Of a stretch of DNA of 64,000 bases, positions 1 through 10,418 are shown in pieces. Each line of letters begins with the position of its first letter. Position 1 is the stretch's first letter. The notes under the pieces are model-generated. The model saw only the letters and a list, made by a program, of their open reading frames with translations. It did no database searches and was not told the DNA's origin. Both the position numbers and the translations under genes were made by a program. The stretch covers positions 6,339-70,338 of the forward strand of contig CAZWFW010000001.1 in the NCBI GenBank assembly GCA_964633445.1, read 5' to 3'. Source of the DNA: Candidatus Undinarchaeota archaeon. GTDB taxonomy: Archaea > Undinarchaeota > CAZWFW01.

Positions 1-1083
1 TATCCACGTCTTAAATGGTAGCGTTAACTCCGTATAATAATTCGCTACAAAAACTTCTGCTGCTTTTGCAAAGCCTAAACCAACTGTAATACCAAGCAGA
101 CCTCCAGCACATCCTATAAATCCAGATTCTAGCAAAAATATAAGAAATATGTGAATCTTCTTAGCACCTATAGCCTTCAATATACCTATCTCTCGTGTTC
201 TTTCAGTTACTGCCATATACATGGTGTTCATAATCCCTGTTGCTCCCACGATTAATGATATCCCAGCAATTCCAACAACAACTGCCGTTATTATTGATAG
301 AATGCTTCCTATCCTTTCAGACAATTCCTCTGTTGTTAAAATCGTAAAATCCTCTCTTTTCCTATCCTTCTTCAAAACCTTTTCTATTTCTTTAGCAACG
401 TCCTCGGGATCTCCCTTAGCTTTAACTAATATTAAATTTGCCTCATCAGCTTTTAAAACTTCCTTCGCAGCATCATAAGGAATATAAATTGAATAATCAT
501 CAAATCTGCTACCTATTTTATTTAAAATCCCGATGACTTTAAAAGGAACACCATTAATAACTATTTTATCACCAACCTCAATTTCTTTGCCAAATTCATA
601 TTTAGCAACTCCATAACCAAGAACAGCCTCATAGCTCTTGCTTTTTCTCAGATATTTTCCTTCTTCCAGGCTATAACCCTGTATGGTTTCCATAATTTCC
701 TTCATTTTATCTACAGGCAAACCGTAAACAAAGGTTACATCAGAGGTATCTTTATAAACAACGGTTGCTGTTTTGAATATCAAAGGAGCTGCTACTTCAA
801 CACCTTTAACTTTCTCTATGTCCTCTATTTCTTTTTCTGAAAATCCTTTTCCAAAAAGCGCGGTTCCAAGCATGCTTTTCTGAGACTTTCCTGGCAGTAC
901 TGTTATTTTATCCTTCCCAAGTTTTTCAAACTCTTCGCTTACGTACTTCTTCATACCAACGCTTATTGAAATCAAAGCCACAATTGCCGAAATTCCGATA
1001 ATTACACCAAGAATTGTTAACCAACTTCTTAATTTTTGTCTTGTAAGGTTTCTTAGTGCTAGGATTGCTATATCCAAAAGCAT
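1..1083 (-). CDS. ABC transporter permease, FtsX/MacB-like (N-terminal portion; gene continues beyond the left edge of the window)
   Basis: ATG at 1083..1081 overlaps the stop of the upstream gene. My own translation reads MLLDIAILALRNLTRQKLRSWLTILGVIIGISAIVALISISVG, which is the typical N-terminal TM1 of MacB/FtsX permeases. No stop occurs before position 1. It follows an ABC ATPase in the same orientation. Confidence 0.6.
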   Translation of the reverse strand, partial: MLLDIAILALRNLTRQKLRSWLTILGVIIGISAIVALISISVGMKKYVSEEFEKLGKDKITVLPGKSQKSMLGTALFGKGFSEKEIEDIEKVKGVEVAAPLIFKTATVVYKDTSDVTFVYGLPVDKMKEIMETIQGYSLEEGKYLRKSKSYEAVLGYGVAKYEFGKEIEVGDKIVINGVPFKVIGILNKIGSRFDDYSIYIPYDAAKEVLKADEANLILVKAKGDPEDVAKEIEKVLKKDRKREDFTILTTEELSERIGSILSIITAVVVGIAGISLIVGATGIMNTMYMAVTERTREIGILKAIGAKKIHIFLIFLLESGFIGCAGGLLGITVGLGFAKAAEVFVANYYTELTLPFKTWI

Positions 1084-2546
1084 TATTTACTTTTTATAAC
1101 TCTCTTTCCGAATTTTATCAAAATAATTGCTGAGATCAAGATAATTCCTAAACCACTAAATTTAAGCAAAGGAATTTCTTCTTTTTCCTCCACAGAAAAG
1201 GAGATTTCCTTAGACATAACATTTTCTTTATTAAATGCATCCTTGTAATAAACCTTAACATATAACTTTATCCTTTTACCTAAAGGCTCTATATTCAATT
1301 CTGCTGTTTCGTAATCGTTCTTATCGACATCTCCTACGAAATCAACACCTTTATTTATAACACAACCTTCGCATCTCTCCAATTCAATTAAAACACCAGT
1401 AGCTGTTGCATCTCCTCTATTTATGATTGTTAATGTAACCTTCCCCTCCTCTGTGTCGAAACTATCCAAATTAATTTCTAGATGTGGAGTAGCTTCTATT
1501 TTAACAACACCTAGAAATGTTGAGTTAAAACTTCTTCCAGCATTATCAGCGAAGGTAATGTAAATTGGGAATGCATATTCCCCTGCATCTGCATTTTCAA
1601 AAGCTTTAACGGGGATTTCAATCTTCCTCTTTTCCCCTATCTCTAAGCTATTAACTTTCACAATCTTATCACCCATTATGAAGAACGGCAAGCCCCCTTC
1701 CTGAAGAGTTATAAAAATATTATCTATTTTTGTATTTCCTTTGTTCTCTACGTATATTGTCAAATTAGTTAGGTTGCCTGGTGCTAAAGTTATTTCTGTT
1801 GTTTTTACTGATATTGAGGGAACTCTTGCATTAACTTTTATTTGCAAGCTTTTGATATCAAAAAGTTGAGGATTGTCCCAAGTTTCATATTTAATGAGTA
1901 AAGGAATAGAAAATCTGCCAGGATAATCAGACTCAACTTTTATGCAAAATCTTTGACTTTTGTCAGGGGCAAGAGAAGCAAAAAAGAAGTTGTTATTGCC
2001 AATAACCTGAACGTAAGGTGTGGAGTTTACTACTATCTCAATATTTCTTAAATCTATTTTCCCAACATTTTCGAGATATGCACAAACCTCTTTCCTTTCA
2101 CCAGTAACTAGCTCTGTAGAACTTTGCTTAATCATAAGAATGGGTCTATAGTTAATTGTTAAAGGATAGTACCAAATATCTTCATGATGCCCAGTGGTGT
2201 CGCTGTATTCAATTTTAATCTTTAACGGATATATTCCAGCTTCGCAATCCTTTGCTTTTAAGTCTACAGGTATGCTTCTTATTTCGTTAGCGTACAAATC
2301 CCCTAGATTCATCCTTGCTTCATTTTCCCCATTTACATACCAGCATGTTCCCCTCAAAGTCAACTCTACATTTGAAGATAGCTGCGTGCTTTTTAGTGAA
2401 AGTATCAGAGTCGCTGTTGTATTCGGCTCTATGTAGCTAGGTATTGTGTATGAGGATTGCATGTCAATAAAAACTGTAGAATAAGCTTTAGGTAGTAAGC
2501 ATATTGCCAAGGTTAAACATAGTGCTAAGCCAACAAGCTTTTTCAT
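1083..2546 (-). CDS. secreted beta-rich surface protein (signal peptide, CARDB/COG1361-like repeats, C-terminal TM anchor), partner of the ABC transporter
   Basis: 487 aa with an N-terminal signal peptide MKKLVGLALCLTLAICLLPKAYS. It has repeated beta-strand-rich modules and a C-terminal hydrophobic anchor LGIILISAIILIKF. It sits between the ABC ATPase and permease genes on the same strand. Confidence 0.6.
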   Translation of the reverse strand: MKKLVGLALCLTLAICLLPKAYSTVFIDMQSSYTIPSYIEPNTTATLILSLKSTQLSSNVELTLRGTCWYVNGENEARMNLGDLYANEIRSIPVDLKAKDCEAGIYPLKIKIEYSDTTGHHEDIWYYPLTINYRPILMIKQSSTELVTGERKEVCAYLENVGKIDLRNIEIVVNSTPYVQVIGNNNFFFASLAPDKSQRFCIKVESDYPGRFSIPLLIKYETWDNPQLFDIKSLQIKVNARVPSISVKTTEITLAPGNLTNLTIYVENKGNTKIDNIFITLQEGGLPFFIMGDKIVKVNSLEIGEKRKIEIPVKAFENADAGEYAFPIYITFADNAGRSFNSTFLGVVKIEATPHLEINLDSFDTEEGKVTLTIINRGDATATGVLIELERCEGCVINKGVDFVGDVDKNDYETAELNIEPLGKRIKLYVKVYYKDAFNKENVMSKEISFSVEEKEEIPLLKFSGLGIILISAIILIKFGKRVIKSK

Positions 2547-2604
2547 GGTACGAAAGAAATTTTCATGTTTTATAAATATAAATCTTTGCTTTACGCTTTA
2601 TCAA

Positions 2605-3324
2605 CTACTCACCTCTAATTATCTCCATAGCCTCATTAATGTTAACATTATCTTTTATTATTTTTCCGTCTCTCATAACCGCAATTCTGTCTGCGTAGTT
2701 GGCTATCTGAGGATCATGAGTCACAACTACTACTGTCTTTCCCTCCTTATTTAATCTTTTAAATAAATCCATAATAATTTTTCCGCTTTTTGTATCTAAA
2801 TTACCAGTAGGCTCGTCAGCAAGCACAACTTCAGGATCATTAGCCAATGCTCTTGCAATAGCAACTCTTTGCCTCTCACCCCCCGAGAGTTCCATAGGTT
2901 TGTGAGACTCTCTACCTTTTAACCCTACCTTCTCTAGCAATTCTCTTGCTTTCTTTATCCTCTCTTTCCTAGGGATATTTTTAAATATTGTTGGCAGTTC
3001 TACATTTTCCAGAGCTGAAAGAGTGGGAAGTAAATAAAAAAACTGAAATACAAAACCAATGAAATTTAATCTTATGTCCGCAAGCTCATTTTCATCCAAA
3101 CAATCAACTCTTCTATTTTTAATAAAGACCTTTCCTTCAGTCGGTTTATCCAAACAACCAGCTATATGAAGGAAAGTTGACTTCCCAGATCCACTAGGTC
3201 CCATTATCGCCAAAAATTCGCCCTTTTTAATTCTTATTGAAACACCTTTCAAGGCTTTAACTTTTATTTTACCTAAATCATATATTTTCCAAACGTTTTC
3301 CAATCTTATTACTGATGAACCCAT
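2605..3324 (-). CDS. ABC transporter ATP-binding protein (MacB/LolD-like)
   Basis: Walker [13 protein letters not shown] signature [15 protein letters not shown], Walker [13 protein letters not shown], and an H-loop VVTHD. Confidence 0.9.
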   Translation of the reverse strand: MGSSVIRLENVWKIYDLGKIKVKALKGVSIRIKKGEFLAIMGPSGSGKSTFLHIAGCLDKPTEGKVFIKNRRVDCLDENELADIRLNFIGFVFQFFYLLPTLSALENVELPTIFKNIPRKERIKKARELLEKVGLKGRESHKPMELSGGERQRVAIARALANDPEVVLADEPTGNLDTKSGKIIMDLFKRLNKEGKTVVVVTHDPQIANYADRIAVMRDGKIIKDNVNINEAMEIIRGE

Positions 3325-4502
3325 CTTCTGAAAATGAAAAACTTTTTCTTCTTCTTTTTCACTTCCTTCCTTCTCTTTACTTTTTCAATAACTTTGCTAG
3401 CATCTTTGTATGTATTACCTACACCAACGGAATTACCAACCCCTATTAAAATTACGCTCCCCCCTTCACCAACCTCTCTAATTAATTCTAAAATCTTTTC
3501 TCTAGCGGGGTTTATAGATTTTACTATTTTCTTATTCATGGGCTCAATAGCTTCAAAAGCATCCATCTTTACTGCAATGGCATCCAACTCTATATTTCTC
3601 TTGCTTGCAATCTCCTCGATAAATGCCTTGTGATAAAAACCTAGACCACCTATAGCAACACCAACACCGCTAGCTACGCTACCAGTCTCTTCCCCCTCTA
3701 ATTTACTAGCAGCATCTACGGTTATTATTTTCTTAATATTTTTATCTTTCTTCAGAATATCTCTAACAGCATCAGCTATCTCCCCAAGTCTCCCTCCAGG
3801 CCCTTTAGCTCTTATAACATAAACCTTTCTTCCTTCAACCTCCTCTTCGGAGCAAACTATATCCTTTGCTATATCTCTAGCTTCCTTAGATATAAAAGTG
3901 GTAACAATTAGAGGGCCTATGCTATCCCCAATAGGTTCATTTTCAAGAAAAGCCTTTGTGCATTTCAGTTCGGATTTAGCAACTTTCATTATTAATGGCA
4001 TTATCATTTGTAGCTCGGCAAGAAAAAGGGGGTTGTTATGTTTCTTAAACATATATAGGTAGTGTTTAACAACCTTCTTTATGGAGTTTAAGCTCCAAAC
4101 AGCTTTTAAAGCCATGGATATATTCATGATGTCTTCCTCACTGGCCTTGGCATTTCTCAGCAATCTTCTCGTTCCGTCTAGAAAACGATCTTCTGATTGG
4201 TCCAGTATATATTTTAATTTTTTTAATATTCCTGAAGGATCAAGATCTACGGGCTCTATAACAAAGAAATTGAGATAATCATCAAGAAACTTCTTAATGC
4301 TTTTCCTGCTTATACCAAATTTCCTAACTCTTGAGGATATCAAATTTCTACCCTTATTTACCATACCTTCAAGTTCAAGTAAGCTGTTCTCAACTCTGAT
4401 TATCATCTGACGTATAAAAAGCCTTGGTAATACAAAAAGTAGCAACATGAAAAATACTAGTGATAATAACCAATCTTTCCAATCTGTTGGTATTAGCATC
4501 AT
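3309..4502 (-). CDS. conserved archaeal hypothetical protein with N-terminal TM helix (possibly DUF1512-like)
   Basis: 397-aa ORF with an N-terminal hydrophobic segment, a Gly-rich [11 protein letters not shown] region and a C-terminal lysine-rich tail. No catalytic motif recognised. It overlaps the ATPase gene by 16 nt. Confidence 0.5.
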   Translation of the reverse strand: MMLIPTDWKDWLLSLVFFMLLLFVLPRLFIRQMIIRVENSLLELEGMVNKGRNLISSRVRKFGISRKSIKKFLDDYLNFFVIEPVDLDPSGILKKLKYILDQSEDRFLDGTRRLLRNAKASEEDIMNISMALKAVWSLNSIKKVVKHYLYMFKKHNNPLFLAELQMIMPLIMKVAKSELKCTKAFLENEPIGDSIGPLIVTTFISKEARDIAKDIVCSEEEVEGRKVYVIRAKGPGGRLGEIADAVRDILKKDKNIKKIITVDAASKLEGEETGSVASGVGVAIGGLGFYHKAFIEEIASKRNIELDAIAVKMDAFEAIEPMNKKIVKSINPAREKILELIREVGEGGSVILIGVGNSVGVGNTYKDASKVIEKVKRRKEVKKKKKKFFIFRRWVHQ

Positions 4503-5197
4503 TCTTCTTTAGCTTTTAATATTTTTAATAATTTTCTTAAAATTCCTAGCATAGTATTTACCTCCCTACCAGTAAGGTTTGCTCTGCCAATAATCCTCTT
4601 AAACATTATTATAGCTTTTCTTCTTTTCTCCTTACTACTAGGAAATTCTACTATTTCTAAAAGTTCTTCAATATATTTAAATAAAACCTCCTTTTCTCTT
4701 TGGGAGGCAAGCCTAAATTCCCTTATTTTCAAGCTGGATAGCTCATAGAGGAAAATAGCAACGGCATGCGACAAATTTAATGTTGGATAATCTCTTGATG
4801 TTGGAATCGTTACCAAAATATCACACAGTTTTATTTCCTCGTTTAGCAAACCAATATCTTCTCTTCCAAACACAATCGCCACTTCTCCTTTGAGCATTTC
4901 CTTTAAATCCTTCAGCTTAATATAACTTCTTAAAAAATTAGAATCGCTTTTTGGGATCTTCGCAGTAGTTCCAATAACGAAGTCAAATTCTTTTATTGCA
5001 TCCTCAAACTTTCTAAAAATTTTAACATTGTTTACCAGCTTATAAGCGTGCTTTGCAACTTTCTTTATTTTTTCATCCTCAAAACTAAATTGGGGGTTAA
5101 CGACTATTATTTTCTTAAAACCAAAATTCATCATAACCCTTAATATTGCTCCAAAATTCTCAGGGTTTTTTGGTTCAACAAGAATTACAGTTATCAT
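4499..5197 (-). CDS. SpoU/TrmH-family (SPOUT) RNA 2'-O-methyltransferase
   Basis: ITVILVEPKNPENFGAILRVMMNFG is the typical N-terminal motif of TrmH/TrmJ-class SPOUT methyltransferases. I place the start at the internal Met (MITVIL), which gives a 4-nt overlap with the upstream gene instead of an 88-nt overlap. Confidence 0.7.
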   Translation of the reverse strand: MITVILVEPKNPENFGAILRVMMNFGFKKIIVVNPQFSFEDEKIKKVAKHAYKLVNNVKIFRKFEDAIKEFDFVIGTTAKIPKSDSNFLRSYIKLKDLKEMLKGEVAIVFGREDIGLLNEEIKLCDILVTIPTSRDYPTLNLSHAVAIFLYELSSLKIREFRLASQREKEVLFKYIEELLEIVEFPSSKEKRRKAIIMFKRIIGRANLTGREVNTMLGILRKLLKILKAKEE

Positions 5198-5559
5198 GCT
5201 ATATGCGCTAAAAATAGGTATTTTACCGAAAGTATCAGTATTATGTAATATAAAAATACTGCAACAAAGCTCTTTAACCAACTATCCAAACCTGCAAGGA
5301 AATTCAGCATTACTATCATAAGAATGATGGAGATAAAGCTTCCAAAAACAATGCCAAATAATGGAAATGCTATGAATGATCCAAAAATTTCTACAAGAAT
5401 AAAGGTTACTATACTGCCCAAAAAACTCCCACCTAAAAGTTTCACTATTATTCCTAAAACTATTGCGCTTACGATTATCACAAGAAGTCCTATAATGCTA
5501 ATGTGAAGATTGGAAACTAAGATTTTTTCTATTAGTTGAATATAAGCAGATTCAAGCAT
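5194..5559 (-). CDS. small polytopic membrane protein (hypothetical)
   Basis: 121 aa, almost entirely hydrophobic with 3-4 predicted TM helices. Confidence 0.45.
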   Translation of the reverse strand: MLESAYIQLIEKILVSNLHISIIGLLVIIVSAIVLGIIVKLLGGSFLGSIVTFILVEIFGSFIAFPLFGIVFGSFISIILMIVMLNFLAGLDSWLKSFVAVFLYYIILILSVKYLFLAHIA

Positions 5560-5562
5560 TTA

Positions 5563-5634
5563 TGGACCCGCGGGGATTTGAACCCCGGGCCTCCTGCTTG
5601 CGAAGCAGGCGCTCTACCCCTGAGCTACGGGCCC
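5563..5634 (-). tRNA. tRNA-Ala (anticodon CGC)
   Basis: I folded the cloverleaf by hand. Acceptor GGGCCCG/CGGGUCC includes the G3:U70 Ala identity pair. D stem GCUC/GAGC. Anticodon stem CCUGC/GCAGG with loop UUCGCAA. T stem CGGGG/CCCCG with loop UUCAAAU. Discriminator A; no encoded CCA. Confidence 0.85.
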
Positions 5635-5767
5635 TAATGTTATGTTTTATTGTCTCTAGAATTTAAGTTTTAGGAAAGTATTTATCTAACAATCTAACAT
5701 AAAAACATTTTCCATGCTAAATCCTTTTAATAAGTTAATAAAAAATTTAAATGAAAAAAAAGAAGTA

Positions 5768-5923
5768 TTAAACGATTATACCCTCTCTGCGATTCTTTTT
5801 ATTGATCTCTCTGTTCATACGATGTAAACCTCTCCTTACTAGCCACCTTCTAAATTCTTCAAAAGCTTCCTTTTCATATTGCTCATCAATTTTTTCTAGA
5901 ACTTCCTCGATTTCCATAATCAT
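5768..5923 (-). CDS. possible small ORF (51 aa) below the ORF-track length cutoff
   Basis: My own translation reads MIMEIEEVLEKIDEQYEKEAFEEFRRWLVRRGLHRMNREINKKNRREGIIV. It is preceded by GGTGAT (Shine-Dalgarno-like) 5 nt upstream of the ATG and lies in the tRNA-Ala/hypF intergenic region. Confidence 0.25.
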   Translation of the reverse strand: MIMEIEEVLEKIDEQYEKEAFEEFRRWLVRRGLHRMNREINKKNRREGIIV

Positions 5924-5998
5924 TTTGATCACCCAAAAGATTAATTAGTTTTAATTAGTTAGCAGTATAGCGCTAGAGTATGTTGCCATTATTTCAAA

Positions 5999-8275
5999 AT
6001 GAAAAACCGCAAAAAAGCAGTCAAAATAATAATTAGGGGAGTTGTTCAAGGCATAGGTTTTAGACCCTTCATTTTCAGAATTGCCAACTCGCTTAATGTT
6101 AAAGGATATGTTAAAAATGTGAAGGGTGGTGTGGAAGTTTATGCTGAAGCCTCTCAAAAGATTTTAGATAGTTTTTTAAATGAAATAATGAGTAAAAAGC
6201 CACCTTTATGCAAAATTGATGAAATCGAAATTAAGAATGTGTCTCTCGCCAATTTCAAGTCTTTTACTATAGAAAAAAGTGGTTTTGAAGATGAACCAGA
6301 GATGGTAATCCCTCCTGATATTGCTATCTGCAATGAATGTGTTAAGGAGCTACGCGATAAAGAAAATAGAAGATTTGGATATTTTTTCATAACATGCACT
6401 TCTTGTGGGCCAAGGTATACCATAATTGAGGATTTGCCTTTCGATAGAAAGAATACCACATTAAAATGTTTTAAATTATGTAAGGAATGTCTTAGGGAAT
6501 ACCTAGATCCCAAGAATAGGAGGTTTCATGCCCAGACAATTGCTTGCGGTAAATGCGGACCAAAGCTGTTTTTGAAAAGTAGCGGTAAGGTTTTGCGTAA
6601 TAATGTTATTAAAAAAGTTGCAAAATTACTGAGTAATGAAGAAGTTGTTGCAATTAAGGGTTTAGGAGGGTATCATCTAGCTGTTAGGGCTGATAGCAAT
6701 TTTGCGGTGCTAAATTTAAGGAAATCACTGAGAAGATCGCAAAAGCCTTTTGCTGTAATGTGTAAGGATGTTAAAACTGCAAAAACGTTTGCAGTAATTA
6801 ACGAAAGTGAGAGAAGGTTGCTAGAATCTTGGCAGAGACCAATAGTTGTTTTGAGAAAAAGCAGTGATTATTGGTTAAGCAAATATGTAGCACCAGGACT
6901 TGATACAATAGGGGTTTTTCTGCCATATACAGCTTTACATTACCTCTTATTTGACCACATAGATTTTCCAATAATCCTAACATCTGCGAATTATCCTAAC
7001 GAGCCTATTGCTAAAGACGAAAATGAAGTAGAGACGTTTGGTTTTGTTGAGCATATTCTTTACTACAATAGAAGAATAGCTAACAGATGCGATGATTCAG
7101 TCGTTAGGATCGTTGCAAATGAAAAAGTCTTTTTGAGAAAAGCAAGAGGTTATGCACCCTGCACGATGAAGTTGATTGGTGTTGACAAGAAAATTCTAAG
7201 TTTGGGCGCGGAACTCAATGTAACCTTTTCAATTTATAAGTATGGCAAGTGTATAACCTCACCGCATATAGGAGACGTTGATAATGAAGCTTGCTTAACA
7301 CATTTGAAGCAAACTTTGTTTAAATTTCTTAGAATGTTAAAAGTCAAACCTGAGATAGTTGTCTGTGACTTACATCCAGGATATCTAACAAGCTCTTTGG
7401 CTGAGGATCTAGCAAGCAAATTTAAGGCAAAGTTAGTTAAAGTTCAGCATCACGAAGCGCATGCATTTTCATTAATGGCTGAAAAAGGGATTAATAATAT
7501 TGTTTGCATTGTTTGCGACGGTTTAGGCTATGGTAATGATGGCAATATATGGGGTGGTGAGGTCTTTGCAATTAAGGGTAAAGAAGTTATAAGAGCTGGT
7601 AGGCTCGAGTACCAACCAATGCCTGGTGGAGAGCTTACAATAAAGTATCCTTTAAGGATGGCTGCAGGAATACTATTCAAAATTTTTGGGGATGATGCTA
7701 AGAGAATCTTAGCTAAATATGAAAACAAATTCAGATATGGTAGAAAGGAAATCACCGCAATTTTAAATCAAGTTATAAATAAGATAAATACTCCTTATAC
7801 AAGTAGCACTGGTAGAATTCTTGATGCGATTTCTGCATTGCTGGGCGTGTGTTATGAAAGAACTTATGAGGGGGAACCAGCAATGAAACTTGAAGCCATT
7901 GCTAAAGGAAGAGATTTGGGTTTTAACTTTAACATTAAAAAAGAAGACAATGCCCATGTTTTAATAACATCTTCAATTATTGAGGAGGTTGCTAATACCA
8001 TCAATCAAAAAAATGCAAAGGATGTAGCATTATCAGCTCATCTAGCATTAGCTAGAGGTTTATTTGAAATTGCTAGGAGAGTATGCAAAAAATATGATAT
8101 TGATAAGATTGGTTTTACTGGAGGCGTCGCTTACAACACTATAATATCTAGCGAGCTCAAAAGACTTTGCAATGAAGAAAATTTTGAGCTTTACTTACAA
8201 ACAAAATATCCTTGTGGAGATGGGGGGATATCCTTAGGTCAAATTTATAGAACATTGTTCTTTAAGGAAATATAA
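5999..8275 (+). CDS. hypF: [NiFe]-hydrogenase maturation carbamoyltransferase HypF
   Basis: N-terminal acylphosphatase domain (VQGIGFRPFI). Two zinc-finger pairs (CNEC..CTSCGPRY and CKEC..CGKCGPK). A YrdC-like domain followed by a Kae1/carbamoyltransferase domain. 758 aa, typical for HypF. Confidence 0.9.
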   Translation: MKNRKKAVKIIIRGVVQGIGFRPFIFRIANSLNVKGYVKNVKGGVEVYAEASQKILDSFLNEIMSKKPPLCKIDEIEIKNVSLANFKSFTIEKSGFEDEPEMVIPPDIAICNECVKELRDKENRRFGYFFITCTSCGPRYTIIEDLPFDRKNTTLKCFKLCKECLREYLDPKNRRFHAQTIACGKCGPKLFLKSSGKVLRNNVIKKVAKLLSNEEVVAIKGLGGYHLAVRADSNFAVLNLRKSLRRSQKPFAVMCKDVKTAKTFAVINESERRLLESWQRPIVVLRKSSDYWLSKYVAPGLDTIGVFLPYTALHYLLFDHIDFPIILTSANYPNEPIAKDENEVETFGFVEHILYYNRRIANRCDDSVVRIVANEKVFLRKARGYAPCTMKLIGVDKKILSLGAELNVTFSIYKYGKCITSPHIGDVDNEACLTHLKQTLFKFLRMLKVKPEIVVCDLHPGYLTSSLAEDLASKFKAKLVKVQHHEAHAFSLMAEKGINNIVCIVCDGLGYGNDGNIWGGEVFAIKGKEVIRAGRLEYQPMPGGELTIKYPLRMAAGILFKIFGDDAKRILAKYENKFRYGRKEITAILNQVINKINTPYTSSTGRILDAISALLGVCYERTYEGEPAMKLEAIAKGRDLGFNFNIKKEDNAHVLITSSIIEEVANTINQKNAKDVALSAHLALARGLFEIARRVCKKYDIDKIGFTGGVAYNTIISSELKRLCNEENFELYLQTKYPCGDGGISLGQIYRTLFFKEI

Positions 8276-8650
8276 TTCCTTTCACTCATCTTTGTGAATA
8301 AGCATATCTTCGATCGTTCTGTTCTTGATTCTTGAGAAATATTTCTTAGAATTGCTAACCCAAAATATAAAAACTTTTCCAAATTTTCTACTGTGTTGCA
8401 TGATTCATGCAAAACGGTAGCATAAGCCCTTAAAACTCTAAATAAGCATTATAATTGCTTCCTCAGAGCTCACATCAGAAAGAGCTCGCATACCTCAGAT
8501 TGCCAAAAGAAGGAAGAGATAACGGTTTTTTTAAATAATTGTGCAACACAGTACAAATTTTCAATCTGCGAAATAAGGATTATCAGCTAAAGATAGAAAA
8601 GAAACCGATAAAAACTATAATTTTTTAAAAATTTCAACAAAATATATACT

Positions 8651-9295
8651 ATGAAGAAAAACAAGTTTTCACCCTTCCTTTATTTCCTCCTCATTTCCGT
8701 ATCCATAATTCTTTCCTTCGATCTCTTTGCTACCGTTTATGTCAAGGAGGAGGTTTATTCGATTCCTTCGCCTCTTTTTGGGCTTGAATTAGACCCAAAT
8801 TGGAATGTTTCTAAGGAAAACGGTAAAATTATTTTTTCTGGAAGCGAAGTGGGGTTTGTAAGAATCTCGTTAGAAAGAGTGGGAGAGATAAAAATAAAGG
8901 AAGATCTGAAGAAACAAATTCTCCCAAGCGTAGTTGAGAAAATAGAAAAGGTCGAGTTTAGAATGAATATGGAAAAAGGTGGAGTGATCTTAAATTTAGA
9001 GGCTGTCGAGCACAAAGGTGGTTATAGAAGGTATCTAGTAAATTTCTACCAAAATGGAGTAGATATTACAAAGAGAGAGAGTGAAAACGTTTTACTCCAT
9101 GAAACCTTTCCTTTAAATTTGTCGTTCAACCGATGGTATAAAGTCGAAGCTTGGACCGAAAACAAAACGATTTACTTAAAAGTAGATAACTTTACTCAAG
9201 TAAGCTTTTATGATCCAAACCCTTATCGAATTAACAGTATAAGCTTTGAAACTTGGGAAGGCTCGAAGGCTAAAATATCAGAACATAAATATTGA
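8651..9295 (+). CDS. secreted hypothetical protein
   Basis: 214 aa with an N-terminal signal/TM segment FSPFLYFLLISVSIILSF. No recognisable catalytic motif. Confidence 0.5.
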   Translation: MKKNKFSPFLYFLLISVSIILSFDLFATVYVKEEVYSIPSPLFGLELDPNWNVSKENGKIIFSGSEVGFVRISLERVGEIKIKEDLKKQILPSVVEKIEKVEFRMNMEKGGVILNLEAVEHKGGYRRYLVNFYQNGVDITKRESENVLLHETFPLNLSFNRWYKVEAWTENKTIYLKVDNFTQVSFYDPNPYRINSISFETWEGSKAKISEHKY

Positions 9296-9323
9296 GGTGA
9301 AAAAGAAAGAATTTTTCAAGCTA

Positions 9324-10325
9324 ATGTATGAGGATCTCACCGTACTGGGAAGAATTTGTGGTTACTTATTCTTCTTTCTTGCAATCCTTTTCCTACTTCT
9401 CAAGGTAAATGCAAGGTATGCAACTTGGTTCTTTCTGGGATGCTCAGCTGCTTTCCTAGCGGAAAGACCAACCCTATGGTTTTCTCAGCAAGTGTTCGAC
9501 GAAGGTTTTCTCATAGGTTTTTCTCTCTATACTTTCCCCTTTCTAATAATTTCATCATACCTTCTTAGGAAGGGGTTCAGAGATTTCTACTCTTTACTGC
9601 TCGGTGGCCTAATAACCCACTTACTCATAGATTTTTCTCTGAATGTTGTAAGAATGAATATAGTTGGTCTTTCTTTGATGATTTTTGTCGGACCTCTGCT
9701 CTTAATCGATAAATATATTTCGAAGAAACCCATCATAACCTTTCAAAAAAGGATTTATGATATATTTACAAATAGGAGAAATTTTTATCTCTTACTCTTC
9801 TTTGTCTTCATAATTTACTTGGGATATTCGGAAATGGGTTTGGCTGTTTCCCCTCTACCCTTTTATCTTTCCGTCATAGCACTCTTTGCAGAGTTTACGC
9901 TCCTTTACCTCATGTTTTCCTTTCTTTCGGATTCTCCTATAACTTCGCTAAGCATAAGCGAGATATTGCCCAACAAAAGAGAATGGAAAATCTTAACAGC
10001 ATCTTTTTTGCCAATCTATTTTTTAATCTTGGGTTTTCTTGTTTGGAAAGTTAGCAAGCTTCTTCCTCTCTCTACCATCATAGTCTTGATGGGTATGAAT
10101 TTGTTAGCGGTTCCATTCTTGATAATTTTATTGAAAAGGTGTAAGAAGAAGCACATGGAAACTGTGAACATAGAACTTAAAAAGTATGTGAACAAGAAGC
10201 ATCTTCTTATTTTCCTTTGCTTAGCTTCTCTCCCTCTCTTTTTCCTAGCTCCGGTTTCCGCTACTCTCGGAGTATTAACAACGCTAATAGTGCTTTTCTT
10301 CGTATTGGCGGATATACTTAGATAA
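9324..10325 (+). CDS. polytopic integral membrane protein (hypothetical)
   Basis: At least 8 hydrophobic helices. I prefer the start at Met27 (MYEDLTVLGRICGYLFFFLAILF) at 9324, because the track start at 9246 overlaps the preceding gene by 50 nt. Confidence 0.5.
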   Translation: MYEDLTVLGRICGYLFFFLAILFLLLKVNARYATWFFLGCSAAFLAERPTLWFSQQVFDEGFLIGFSLYTFPFLIISSYLLRKGFRDFYSLLLGGLITHLLIDFSLNVVRMNIVGLSLMIFVGPLLLIDKYISKKPIITFQKRIYDIFTNRRNFYLLLFFVFIIYLGYSEMGLAVSPLPFYLSVIALFAEFTLLYLMFSFLSDSPITSLSISEILPNKREWKILTASFLPIYFLILGFLVWKVSKLLPLSTIIVLMGMNLLAVPFLIILLKRCKKKHMETVNIELKKYVNKKHLLIFLCLASLPLFFLAPVSATLGVLTTLIVLFFVLADILR

Positions 10326-10418
10326 TTTCTTCGCTTCTTCAAGAAATGATTTGAAATTTAAATGTTATATAACTTTACGTGCTAATTTAATTACAATAGA
10401 AAATCATTAAATAAATTT

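Noticed and set aside
221-478. 85-aa plus-strand ORF at the left edge
   Set aside because: It lies antisense to the minus-strand FtsX-like permease reading frame that I translated myself. The Ile/Thr/Ser-rich low-complexity translation is typical of a spurious antisense ORF.
5951-6513. Minus-strand ORFs of 68 and 119 aa overlapping the hypF start region
   Set aside because: They overlap the strongly supported hypF acylphosphatase domain on the opposite strand. They have no motifs.
9356-10342. 70-aa plus-strand and 108-aa minus-strand ORFs within the 359-aa membrane protein gene
   Set aside because: They are alternative-frame or antisense ORFs within a hydrophobic membrane-protein CDS. Composition is biased (Arg/Lys-rich antisense of Phe/Leu codons).
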